Counted from the whole stretch's first letter, positions 1-11,239 are shown. The stretch: 63,009 bases of DNA, filler included, from Octopus bimaculoides (GCF_001194135.2; 6 parts of 6 records of this genome joined end to end with filler, not necessarily neighbours in it); one strand, 5' to 3'. Made by a program: numbers and translations. Notes: a model not told the origin generated them from the sequence alone.

Positions 1-17
1 TATATATAAAACACACA

Positions 18-26
18 TACATACAT

Positions 27-97
<71 letters not shown>

Positions 98-115
98 TGT
101 ATGTATGTATGTATC
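18..115 (+). repeat. (GATA)n/(TATG)n microsatellite
   Basis: Direct tandem GATA units followed by TATG units. Confidence 0.95.
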
Positions 116-129
116 TGTGTGTGAGTGAA

Positions 130-260
130 GGCTTACGGTCTAGTAGTAAGGATGTTGAACTTGTAATCATTAATCATGGGTTCAATTCTCAGACTGGGCA
201 GTGTGTTGTTCTGTTCTTGAGCAAAACACTTCATTTCACATTGCTCTGCATGTGGCAAAG
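130..260 (+). mobile_element. Degenerate tRNA-derived SINE head
   Basis: A-box-like ggtctagtagtaagg and B-box-like gggttcaattctc, followed by 'ttcttgagcaaaacactt', a motif typical of SINE central domains. Confidence 0.5.
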
Positions 261-547
261 TGGCAGAATCACTGGCACATCAGCAGAAAGGCTTTGCGGT
301 ATGTCATCTGGCTCTCTATGGTCTGAGTTCAAATCCCACCTGTCTGGAGAAGCCAATGGGAAACCACTTCAGTATTCATCACACATCTAGTCATGGTAGC
401 TGAGATTCCAGTAATCTACTTAACAGCAGTATGGAAGAGTATGGGCCCTCCCAGCTCATACAGAGAGTACTGCAGGAGGTTCACATGCACAGGACTGGCT
501 CAAGGATAGACCACTGCTATATATGCGTATAAATATATATATATATA

Positions 548-783
548 CAGGGTGGGCCAAAAGTCACCTGACAGTAAATCAAAACCATTTAATTCCAAGA
601 TTAAAACAAAAAATTATTTTATATGAGACTTCGATAAGAAATAGACAAATATTAAAAAAGAACGGTGATTTTAACTACAGCATTCAATTATTAAACATTC
701 ATAATTGAAATAAATAAACAAAATTGAATATTAAGTATTTATGGAATTTTGATTTACTGTCAGGTGACTTTCAGTCAACCCTG
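548..783. mobile_element. Tc1/mariner-type MITE
   Basis: About 37-bp terminal inverted repeats: CAGGGTGGGCCAAAAGTCACCTGACAGTAAATCAAAA (548-584) and TTTTGATTTACTGTCAGGTGACTTTCAGTCAACCCTG (747-783). Left TA target site at 546-547. No ORF. Confidence 0.85.
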
Positions 784-1374
784 TTTATATGAACAAATAA
801 CAGATGGATAATGTGTCAATTCACTACAGCTGTTTCCAACAAATTTTTTCATTGAGTAATGGAGACATTGCATCATTAGAAAACATCGTTTTCATCAGGT
901 GAATACATGAACCATAACATCCTCTATTTTTGCTGTGTACACAATTTACTTTTTGGCCCAACTTGGTGCCTTACCATTTAAGTTCCTGATTCACTTGAAT
1001 CATGACCTATTATATATATATACTTACATCAGTTGTTAGCTGCCAAGACACTACATCCTTCAAAACAGCCACATTTCTTGAAATTCATCAACAATATACC
1101 TAATACCCCCACTCCTCAATTTTTATTTGGTTTTGGGTTTTTATTGTAGACTTATTCACTGTTCATTTTTTGTGCATATTCTATGTACTGTTCATGCAGT
1201 TTTGGTTACTTTTTCTGATGGAAGGCACATTTAAGAATATGCCCTCATCATCTCTCTCTTTCCAGCTGGGGATGTCATATATTTTCCTCTTCAGTAAGAC
1301 AGCTGTTCCCATCCCTCTATCATACTTTCACAACCTACAATACTATACCCCACTCAAGTGAGGGCTCTTGTCTT

Positions 1375-1600
1375 GTGAGTACTTGGCAACCTCACTGGTG
1401 CTGGTGCCACAAAAAAAAGGGAAAAAAAAAACACCCAATACATTCAGTAAAGTGGTTGGTGTTTGGAAGGGCATCCTAGTGTAGAAACCATGCCAAAGCA
1501 GACATCGGAGCTCAGTGCAGCCCCTCTAACTGGTCAGTTCCTGTCAAGCCATCTAACCCATGCCAGCATGGAAAAAAAGTTGTTAAATGATGAGGATGAG
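1375..1600 (+). mobile_element. RTE-like LINE/SINE 3' tail
   Basis: gttggtgtttggaagggcatcc...gtagaaacc...aacccatgccagcatggaaaa ending in (GAT)n. Same family as 6240-6425 and 9648-9860 in the opposite orientation. Confidence 0.7.
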
Positions 1601-3179
1601 AACATTCTAATAATAATTAGACTAGATTATAATGTAAAAGGAAAGGGGAAGTGGTGACATTTGATGGCTCTCTGTAAGGCCATTGTCTAATTCTCTGTGG
1701 CATTTGTTATTCACTTTTCGATTTCATCTTTGAAGATTATTTGGTTCTTAACGAATTGTTGTTAATTCATTTGCACAAATAATCACCACGAGACAAGATC
1801 CGAATATGAAAGTTCTGCTTGTAACCTTTTAGGAATCGGCTCGAGACAGCAAGAATTATTTCTGAACAGTCTTTGAGTGTTTATTGATATACAGACACAA
1901 CTTTTGATATTTCCAAAAGATGCTCTGAGCCATCTTAAGAGGAAGAAAAGAAACAAACAAAAACGAAGAAGAAGAAGAAGAAGAAGAAGAAGAAGCAGAA
2001 AGGAAGAAAATGAAAAGGAGAATTTATTAACAGGAGACTGCTTCCATAATTAAATGTCAGTGTGGTATTGAGGCATCATTGAATCTAAATATCAGTGTTT
2101 AGGAAACAAAGGAATTTCCATTCCGTTGCTGTTAAGGAAAGAGAGAGTGTCTGGGGAGGAAGATAGAGGGAGAAAGAAATAGAGAAAGCAGGGCATTCTT
2201 TAAGTAAGATCTATGTATAGTATTATAATATGGGTATGTTGTCTGGTTTGACTGTGCATGTCATTTTGACTTGTCTGTATTCTCCAAGACAGGGCTTCTG
2301 CTTGAAACAATATCTGTTGATTCCATTATTAATTATTAATTAACTATAGGCTTTTGTGTCTTTTTAGTTTTAAGTTTATTTGTTTGTTTTTTTTTTTTCT
2401 TTACCCTATATTATAACTTATGTATACATCCACCATCCTCGACTTCTATCTATCTACATGCAGAAACACATACATTCAAACTTGTTGAATGCTTCTAGCA
2501 TTAAGATCACTAATTCAGTGAGATTTCTGAAGTCTTTGTTTCTTTTTTCTTCTTTTGCTCTTGCAGCAATAAATAATACACTGTATAGTAATTTATAATA
2601 TAGCATATGCTGTATTTGATATTTTATATATATAATGTAATTAATGAGAAAGACAGATGGAAGATACAAGAATCTTTATTGATCACTACAATCGTTTCAA
2701 CCCATCTGGTGTCGATCTCTCATGGGTAGGATACTGAATAACAGTTTTAGGTGTATCCCTCAGTGTAGATGTGTCTCCTCAAGTGATTTCAAGAGGTATC
2801 TCGTTAAAATAAACTCTTTTTCACACAGTGAATGTGCTTTACTGACAAACTACCAGGTGTGTACCATATAATTTATAAACTACCAACTATAGGATCAAAG
2901 TGTAGGAAGTTAGTAAGCTTCGAGCAGTCTATAGAAGGTATAAAAAGCAACTTTCAGGAGCAATAGTGGTTTATTGATCTAGAAGGTTGTAAATTTTTCC
3001 CAAATCAAAGTTTTGTAAGCTGAAAGAGTTATTTTATAGTTTGTGATTAGCAACTGGGGTTGCTGTGTATGCAAATAAAAATCCAAATTTAGGGAATGGA
3101 GTAGATAAAATCCTATCTACATATGTTTCATAGCTAGCAGAACCTCAGAAGTAGTATATATGCTAGACCGCTGAAAGCT

Positions 3180-3330
3180 TTTTTTCATTCTCTCTGTTTA
3201 TTTTCTCTTATTCCTTTCTGTTGATGAGCATTGGCTTGAAACATAAAAGACTTTCATTTTCCCAAGCATCAAACTAATACACTTGTTTGTTGTTCATACA
3301 CCTCTTTCCATCCTTTTTTTCTCTATAAAT
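3180..3330 (+). mobile_element. Penelope-type terminal repeat with hammerhead-like motif
   Basis: CTTT-CTGTTGA-T-GAGC attg GCTT-GAAAC-ATA-AAAG (3214-3249). The body is homologous to the reverse complement of 20330-20470. Confidence 0.55.
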
Positions 3331-3336
3331 TGCATC

Positions 3337-3392
<56 letters not shown>

Positions 3393-3839
3393 GTGAGTAA
3401 ATGGCACCTTGGACTGATGTCTTGTACTAATGCCTTGTTTGGAATCTAGTAGTTGAAAATAAGAGCAAATTCCATGCACTTCACGTTTAAGACTCTGATG
3501 AAGCTATAAGGTGTTACACAGGCACTCAACTATGAGTCCACCACATCTTACAGTGGAAACATCTGTAAGCTAATGAAGTTCATTATTTATTCATTTGTCA
3601 TTTCTTCTTTCCTGTTACCACTCTGTACTGACACTTCACTCAGAAGCACACATATATTGAGTTCTACACCAGGTTTTTAGCATTGCAATGCCTAAATAAG
3701 ATATTAAAACACACACTCACAAAGATACATATTCATACATATATACATATATATATATATATACATATATATATATGCATGCATGATGGTAAATCTGACA
3801 TGCTCGTATGTGTCTATTTACACAGATATTAAATTCTTA

Positions 3840-4093
3840 AGATGTCAGCACTCACATGTAGCACATATGATAATACAGAAAAGGTGCTGTTTATTTGTTA
3901 TACGTATAGGTAATACAAGAATGTCAGCATTCATATGTAATACATGAATGCCAATAATTCTGTATTACGTGTGAATGCTGACATGTCTGTATTACCAGTA
4001 TGTATTGCATGCAAACGCCGGCATTTCTGCATTACATGCGAATGCCAATACTTCTGTATTACCTGCATGTACTACATGTGAATGCCGACATTT
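3840..4093. repeat. Long imperfect inverted repeat built from a tandem unit of about 40 bp
   Basis: 3909-3944 is complementary to 3961-3996, and 3840-3880 to 4052-4093. Confidence 0.85.
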
Positions 4094-4473
4094 CAATTCA
4101 ATGCCACTATCAGTTATAGACAAAACAGATTCTTTGTTTATTTAGCAAAGTCAGAGAGATCTATTTCCATTAGATGGAATCGGTTTAATACAGCAGATTG
4201 CTACATTTACTGAGTCTTAGCAATTTCCATCATTGATTTACATTGATTTTGTTTTTGTTTTTTGAGGGGTTTTTTTTTCATTTTTGGATGGGTGGCAGGA
4301 GGGGAAGTTTTATTCGTTTGTTTTTTTAGATTTTTTCACATGCATATTATGCCTGTGTGTATGTTTGCGTAAATGTATGTATGTATGTTAGTGTTTGTAG
4401 GGATCTATATGTAAAGGTATGCCTGTGTATCACAACATACATGCACACACACTTGTCTCCATTCCACCAACAC

Positions 4474-4512
<39 letters not shown>

Positions 4513-4613
4513 CTTTGTACATATGTGTATGAGAAAAAGTTGTTTCCAAGTAATTTTTGACGTGGGGCTTTTTTCTGTTTATCATTATCCGACTGTACAT
4601 ACATTTGAATATG

Positions 4614-4649
<36 letters not shown>

Positions 4650-4670
4650 GCACACACACACACTCACACA

Positions 4671-4718
<48 letters not shown>

Positions 4719-4749
4719 NNNNNNNNNNGCACACACACACACTCACACA

Positions 4750-4797
<48 letters not shown>

Positions 4798-5759
4798 TAC
4801 ACACATGCACAAGCATATATATATACACACACACATGCACACATATATATATATATGTACACCTACACATGCATGTATGTATATATATATATATACACAT
4901 GCATATATATGTGTATATAGGATGGAGATGGGAGGGAAAGCAAGGTAGTTGTGTGTTAGTATACATTTGCATATCATCTAATATTAATGCATACTTAGAT
5001 AATCTAAAACACAGAAAAAGAAAACATATATATATATACAAAACAACAAAAGCAACAACAAAAACAGATATGGGAATAGACTAACAAACAAACAAAAATA
5101 CAAAACACACACACACACACCAGGCACAGAAGCTGCAACACAAAAGCCATATCAAAATCAATTGATTTTTTAATCATTAGTATTAATTACTTAAAGAGAA
5201 TTGGTATGTAGTGCCGGCAAATGGGCAAATAACTATGCATTATCTATGCTTTCTTCCCCAGACTTCTGCTATTTTGGTTCAACATGTTGGCAACTACGAT
5301 ATTTCACTGGAAGACGCAGTTCCAAATATCAGCTACTTTGCCAATAATGTATAGTTACATTTTCGATGATAGAATCATATTTGTTCCTCATTAAACATAC
5401 ACACATTTCCAGGGTGGGATTTCAGGGTGAGATAGCATTGGCGTTTAGTTTCCAAATTTCTTTCTTCCTCTTGCTCACTCTTTCTCCTCTCTCTATCCTC
5501 TCTTTCTGCTCCCTCTCTCTGTCTCATCCTTCTCTCTCCTCCTCACCTCTCTATCTCACACTGGAAGAAATCAGCTTTGGTCACACTTGAAGAATGAGGA
5601 GCTCTGCCAGGTTTCAAAATGCTGAAAACATTTCTCATGCCACACAAAGACTTTATGACTCCATCAGGAGTTTAGTAGCCTAAGGATTTTTGCTTTCCTT
5701 CTGTCCATCCAAAATTATTGCAATTTAGTCCCATGAAGTTATGAATAAGCAGAACAGAC

Positions 5760-5930
5760 TAATAATCAAAGGCATTCCATTCTTGACCATCCCATCTAGC
5801 CTTATTTTCATTTATCATATCCAAGACTACAATATTCAAAATCCTTCTACATTTTTTTCAGAGGTAATCTCTTGATTTGAGGAAGATCTGGGTGCTATTT
5901 CTAGCAGATTAAGTGACTAGGGAGATTCCC
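5760..5930. mobile_element. Interspersed repeat (family F; SINE/LINE 3'-like)
   Basis: 'gatctgggtgctatttctagcag' recurs at about 61625 and, inverted, at about 8395 and 47025. 'ttgaccatccc' recurs inverted at about 9200. Confidence 0.55.
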
Positions 5931-6045
5931 TAGGTTGATAAAATAAATGCCAGCCAAATATTGGTACTTGATTAAATTAAATTAAGCTTCAACTCCCAAG
6001 ACCCTAACTTTGGACCTAATTTATGGAACCATTATCATTATATTT

Positions 6046-6215
6046 GGCCTTATTAAGGCAGTGAGGTAGCATAAATGGTTAATTGTTGATTGTAGTATTT
6101 ATTTAGGTTTTCCACATTCTGAGTTCACCTTTTATCCTTCCGGATCAATAAAATAAGGTACCTGTCAAGTACCAGAGTCAATGGCATCAACTGACTCAGT
6201 CCTAAATTCAAAACC
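6046..6215 (+). mobile_element. tRNA-derived SINE, family B (degenerate)
   Basis: ggcagtgaggtagc...ctgagttca...tttatccttc...aataaggtacc...gagtcaatg. Confidence 0.7.
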
Positions 6216-6239
6216 ATTATTCATCATCATCATTATCAT

Positions 6240-6425
6240 CGTCATCATCTTTTAATGTCAGCTTTCCATGCTGGCATGGGTTGGACGGTTTGACCAGAGC
6301 TGGCAAGCAGGAGAGCTGCACCAGGTTCCAGTCTGATTTGGCTTGGTTTCTACGGCTGGATGCCCTTCCTAATGCCAGCCACTTTACAGTGTGCTGGGTG
6401 CTTCTTACATGGCACCAGCACTTTA
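6240..6425 (-). mobile_element. RTE-like LINE/SINE 3' tail
   Basis: (TCA)n then ttccatgctggcatgggttggacgg...ggctggatgcccttcctaatgcca. Confidence 0.75.
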
Positions 6426-6669
6426 TTATTATTATTATTATTATTATTATCATTATTATTATTATTTAAGATGTCACACAATATCCAATATCATGATGTT
6501 ATTGATTGAAGATATTGTTTTTACCGGGGATTTGTATTGTCTGTCAAGTGACAATAAGGACCTCAGATAGGCAGTACTTTATGCAATATGTATGCAGTTC
6601 CAGGTAATGCCAATTTTTGCAATACATCTAGATTGTAGGGTCTTTTAAAAGTTTCCAGATGTTTTTTCA

Positions 6670-6736
<67 letters not shown>

Positions 6737-7135
6737 TCAGTGAGCTTGCAGAATCGTTAGTAGGCTGGACAAAATGCTTAGCAGTATTTCGCTCGTTGCT
6801 CCGTTCTGAGTTTAAATTTCGTCATGGTCGGCTTTCCGGGGTTGATAAAATAAATCCCAATTGAAGACTGGAGTCAATGTAATCGACTAGTCCCCTCCTC
6901 CAAGATTGCTGCCCTTGTGGCAAAATTTGAAACCATTATTATTTTTGTTGTTGTTGTTGGCAAGCTGGCAGAATCATTAGCATGCTGGAAAAAATTCTTC
7001 CAACTCTTCACACTCTGGGTTCAAATATGACTTTACCTTTCATCCTTTCCAGATAGTTGAGCACTGGACTCAGTGTAATCGACTATTCCCCTCCCCTTAA
7101 AATTGCTGGCCTTGTTCCAAAATTTGAAAACCATT
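6737..7135 (+). mobile_element. Two tandem family-B SINE copies
   Basis: Heads at about 6737 and 6958 (gagcttgcagaatcgttag / gcaagctggcagaatcattag). Both end in ccttg...aaatttgaaaccattatt. Confidence 0.85.
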
Positions 7136-7332
7136 ATTATTTTTTTTTTCCACTGTGTGGACACTTTTTATCTCTTTGCTACACTATTACAATAGTTTTT
7201 ACTATTACATCCATAAAAAACCCTTCAAAATAATATGAACATCACAACCTGTCATTTCTTTATATGGCTTTTTTCTACATATAGATCAAGCTAAATATCT
7301 GCTAAAAATATTGCTTTGCCTTATATTCCATT

Positions 7333-7368
7333 AACTAATGTTTGTTCTCTTCTTCTATCTATTTCCAG
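7333..7368 (+). promoter_or_regulatory. Branch point and polypyrimidine tract of the CELF exon
   Basis: AACTAAT (branch-like CTAAT at 7335-7339) about 30 nt upstream of the AG, followed by a T/C-rich tract. Confidence 0.65.
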
Positions 7369-7497
7369 AAGACAGAAAGTTGTTTGTCGGCATGCTCAAT
7401 AAACAGCAAACAGAAGATGACATACGTCAGTTATTTCAGCCTTATGGGACGATTGAAGAATGCACAATACTGCGAGATCAAAATGGAAATAGCAAGG
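7369..7497 (+). CDS. CELF4: Internal coding exon of a CELF3-6 subfamily (CELF4/bru3/unc-75-like) RNA-binding protein, RRM2 N-terminal part
   Basis: Translates (E)[42 protein letters not shown](G), a near match to CELF3-6 RRM2 (RNP2 LFVGML). Acceptor ttctatctatttccAG at 7367-7368, donor G|GTAAGA at 7498. Length 129 nt, phase 1/phase 1. The symbol denotes the subfamily; invertebrates usually have one CELF3-6 orthologue. Confidence 0.97.
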
Positions 7498-7687
7498 GTA
7501 AGATAATGATGTTTTTCAGTTCTTCTAATTTTTCACTGTCCATAGAATCTTTTACTGTCAAGCCATGGAATGTTTGAATGCCGGTGGTGTGTCACAGCTG
7601 ACCAGACACTGAATCCATTTTGGTAACAGTATCTTCTGACACTGGAGACACACATACACACATGCATCGTTTCTCCTTGTATTTCTG

Positions 7688-7872
7688 TCTTTTACTTGTT
7701 TCAGTCATTAGTCTGTGGCCATGCTAGGGCATGGCCTTTTAGTCAAATGAATTGACCTCTACTTTTTATCTCTTTTAAACCTGGCACTAATTACTTTGGT
7801 CTCTTTTGCTGAACCACTAAGTTACACAGAAATAAACACATCAGCACCAGTTGTCAAGTGATAGTATGGGGA

Positions 7873-7880
<8 letters not shown>
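7688..7880 (-). mobile_element. tRNA-derived SINE, family A (3' half)
   Basis: ttttacttgtttcagtcattagtctgtggccatgct...ggggacaaacac is the reverse complement of the family A tail. Confidence 0.8.
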
Positions 7881-7935
<55 letters not shown>

Positions 7936-7942
7936 CTTATAC

Positions 7943-7990
<48 letters not shown>

Positions 7991-8651
7991 CTTATACGGA
8001 CCCTGAGTGGGGGAGGGGGATCATATGAACCCCCAGTTGAGAACCACTGACTTAGATAGAAAGAAATTGAGGGCAGACATATAATGCTAATGTATGAAAT
8101 GTATCACTATGTGGCTGTGTCAGAAATACAATAAAGGACATAGATTCTGGCCTTTTCAGTTCCAGGTTCAAACCCTGTTGGGGCTCATCCCGACTTTTTT
8201 GTTCCTCATCCTAAGATAACAAAGAGACAAAAAAAAGTAAAGTGTCAACAGTGTACTGAGGAGCAATCAATCTGTTGTAACCCTATATGTACTGATTTTG
8301 CAACCCATTGCCAATTATTGATCAATGTCAGATCACTTCAATAATGCTGCTAGAGAAAAGGCCTTGAAGGACAAACCACCAATGCAGCTTCGGTCTGCTA
8401 GAAATAGCAGCCAGATTTCTCTATCACAAGCTACCATCTTAAAAACAGAAACTCACACATATTCAACCACTACACTCTGGTGCACAAGTTACCTAATGCA
8501 CTCAACAACTTTTTGAGATGAGTTATTAAATGTCAGGACATTTAAAAAAATCATGCTTTTGATGCATTGCGTGGATGTATCAAAGTGCAATACATGCATC
8601 CATTTCTGTTCTAAAACAATTTCCATATTTATTTGTTGTCTTAATATATAG

Positions 8652-9012
8652 GTATAGCTGTGTAGTAAGAAGTTTTCTTCCCAACCACATGGTTCTGGGT
8701 TCAGTCCCACTGCGTGGCATTTTGGGCAAGTGTCTCCAACTATAGCTTCAAGCTGACCAGTGCCTTGTGGGTGGATTTGGTAAACAGAAACTGAAAGAAG
8801 AACATTGTGTGTGTGTTGTTTGTCCCCTACCACTGTATGGCAACAAGTGTTGGTATGTTTACATCCCCATATCTTAGTGGAGACTGACAGAATAAGTATC
8901 AAACTTCAAAAGAATAAGTGCTGGGGTCGATTTATTCAACTAAAATTCTTCAAGTGGTGTCCCAGCATGGTCGCAGTCTAATGACTAAAACAATTAAAAG
9001 CTAAAAAAAAAA
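8652..9012 (+). mobile_element. tRNA-derived SINE, family A (near full length)
   Basis: A-box-like gctgtgtagtaag, B-box gggttcagtccc, central (TG)n, tail ggggtcgatt...cagcatggtcgcagtctaatgact. Confidence 0.9.
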
Positions 9013-9264
9013 AGATGAACAAAACTACTAGAAAAGTTATGATGTGTCATAACACTTTAAGCATTTTGTTCAATGAGTCGTGGGTTAAAAAAGGTCATCA
9101 ATNNNNNNNNNNTTTGTTCAATGAGTCGTGGGTTAAAAAAGGTCATCAATCATTGCATTAAATAATGTAGTACTAGATATACATTGACAGGAAAAATGAC
9201 AGGATGGTCACATCTGGAACTGCTTTCATCAGAGCTGCTCTGAAGCTAAACAACATCAACAGAT

Positions 9265-9495
9265 CTCAACTGTTTCGTTACGAACCCAACTGAAACTGTC
9301 TCTGGCTCTGAGTACAAATGTCTTGTTTTCATAAGTTTTGAATTAAAATCTTCCATGAAAACTTAGTCACAATTTATGTTCCTAACAATTGCTTAATGAT
9401 AACTAAGTTATTTTACTAAATTCTTTGTTATATTTAAAATTAATTGAAAGAAACACAGAGCATCTCAGAATTAATACAGTAACGAAAGGGTTACA
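9265..9495. mobile_element. MITE with AACCCTTTCGTTAC-type termini (TTAA/piggyBac-like), left end eroded
   Basis: TTTCGTTAC (9273-9281) is inverted to GTAACGAAAGGGTTA (9479-9493). AT-rich interior without an ORF. Confidence 0.6.
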
Positions 9496-9614
9496 GAGTA
9501 CAAAATCTTTCCTCTTTATCTCTTTTAAACTTGCAGCTTATGTGTCAGAAACAAAAGTCTATATCTGGTGAGTGTTTTATAACTAACGTGGAATATCAAG
9601 ACTTGGGGTCACAA

Positions 9615-9646
<32 letters not shown>

Positions 9647-9647
9647 T

Positions 9648-9860
9648 ATCATCATCAACACTTAACATCTGTTTTCTATGCTGGCATGGGTTGGACAGTT
9701 TGACAGGAACTGCAAGGTCAGGGACCACACCAGGCTCCATAGTCTGTTTGGCTTGGTTTCTATGGCTAGATGCCCTTCCTAATGCCAACCAATCCATGGA
9801 ATGTACTATGTGCTTTTTACATGGCACTAGCACCCACACCAATGCTTTTTACACGGCACC
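9648..9860 (-). mobile_element. RTE-like LINE/SINE 3' tail
   Basis: tttctatgctggcatgggttggacag...ggctagatgcccttcctaatgccaacc; same family as 6240. Confidence 0.75.
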
Positions 9861-9904
9861 TTGGTTTTAGGGCTTTTTACTAGGCACAGTTTACATTGTG
9901 TGTG

Positions 9905-10030
9905 TGTGTGTTTCCATCAACCAAATCCAGAGTTTTGGTAAGAGATATTTGCTCAAGGTGCCATGCAGTGGAACTGAAGCCAAAACCACATGGTCAAGAA
10001 GCAAACTGTTTATCCATTCACTCACAGACA
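9905..10030 (-). mobile_element. Family A SINE head fragment
   Basis: caaggtgccatgcagtggaactgaagccaaaaccacatgg is the reverse complement of the family A head. Confidence 0.65.
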
Positions 10031-10778
10031 TGATGGTCACAGTTGGAGTTCCTTTGATCATAGTTCTACTCAATCAGGACTAACCTGAGGTTAAATAACA
10101 GTAACTGGTGAAAATAACAATTTCTGTTTTTTTCTTTTTCTGGAAATGATAGAAATTACAATTGAAAAGAAACTGAAGAAGAAACAAATGTGGCATTACA
10201 AGTGGGGAAGACCAAACATTTCAGGCAGATTAAAATTTTGGACTGTAAGATGAAGTATAAGACTGCAGATTTGGACAAGACACTTTGACAGAGAACAAAA
10301 GGCACTGACTGAAATGTTAATCTCCACTACTTTATCACAAGACCCACCAACTTATACAACCTCTTCTATTCTATTTTTATTCTTCTCAATCTGATAAATG
10401 CCAACACAGACCATCTCTAAGCCTACACAGCAGTTGTAGTGACTATCATTATATTTTGGATTGGATTTCTCTCTCTCTCTCCCTCCCTTTCTCTCTCTCT
10501 CCCTCCCTCCCTCCTTCTCTCTCTCCCTCCCTTTCTCTCTCTCTCTCTCTCCCTCCCTCCCTCTCTCTCTCTTGTTTTATTCACTTTTTCAGTGATTTTT
10601 TTTTTACCACCCCCACTTCATCTTCATTTTATTTTAATGATTTTTTAAAATATATTATTGTCATTGATTGATTGATTGATTTCATTGATTTTTCTTTATG
10701 TATTTATTTTCTATGTTTTTCAATGATTTTTTTTCTGAATTAGAGTTGACATTTTTCCAATATTAAATACTTTTGCAG

Positions 10779-10858
10779 GTTGTGCATTTGTCAAGTTCTC
10801 TACTCACGCTGAGGCACAAGCAGCAATTAATGCTCTCCATGGTAGTCAGACAATGCCA
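10779..10858 (+). CDS. CELF4: Next coding exon of the same CELF3-6 gene, RRM2 RNP1 and C-terminal part
   Basis: Acceptor acttttgcAG at 10777-10778, donor CCA|GTAAGT at 10859. Length 80 nt. Joins the previous exon in frame (G|GT) to give [28 protein letters not shown], the CELF3-6 signature. Confidence 0.97.
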
Positions 10859-11239
10859 GTAAGTAGCAAATGATAGAATCATCCGGAAACTAATTTCCCT
10901 TTTTTTTAGTGTTATATCTATTTATTTATTGTATTATTATTAGTGTTATCATTAATAGTATTATTATTATTACCATAAAAGTATTTCTGTACTAAAATTA
11001 TGATTAAGGTGATTGACTGAATTTACAGTACAGCATCTACAGCTTCTAGCTAATGCCTTTGTGGTATATGATAATATTTGATTACATTCTGAGTTCAAGT
11101 CCTGTGAAGTCCCAAGTTTGCCTTTTATCTTTCTGGGGTCATTAAAATATGTACTAATCAAGACACAGGGAGTCAGTTAAATTGCTTACACCTCTTCCAC
11201 TTCAAAATCTATAGTCTCGAGACAAAGTTAGAAATGATC

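Noticed and set aside
4347-5084. Many ORFs of [12 protein letters not shown] type here and throughout the window
   Set aside because: Translations of (TA)n, (CA)n and (TATG)n microsatellites, which lack stops by composition. No domain or splice support.
7338-7577. 79-aa ORF as a stand-alone gene
   Set aside because: Only 7369-7497 is coding. The ATG lies in the branch/polypyrimidine region and the tail is intron after the GT donor.
8036-8049. GTTGAGAACCACTG, an hAT/Charlie-like terminal repeat
   Set aside because: Only one end is visible and no matching partner or TSD was found, so it is not called as an element.
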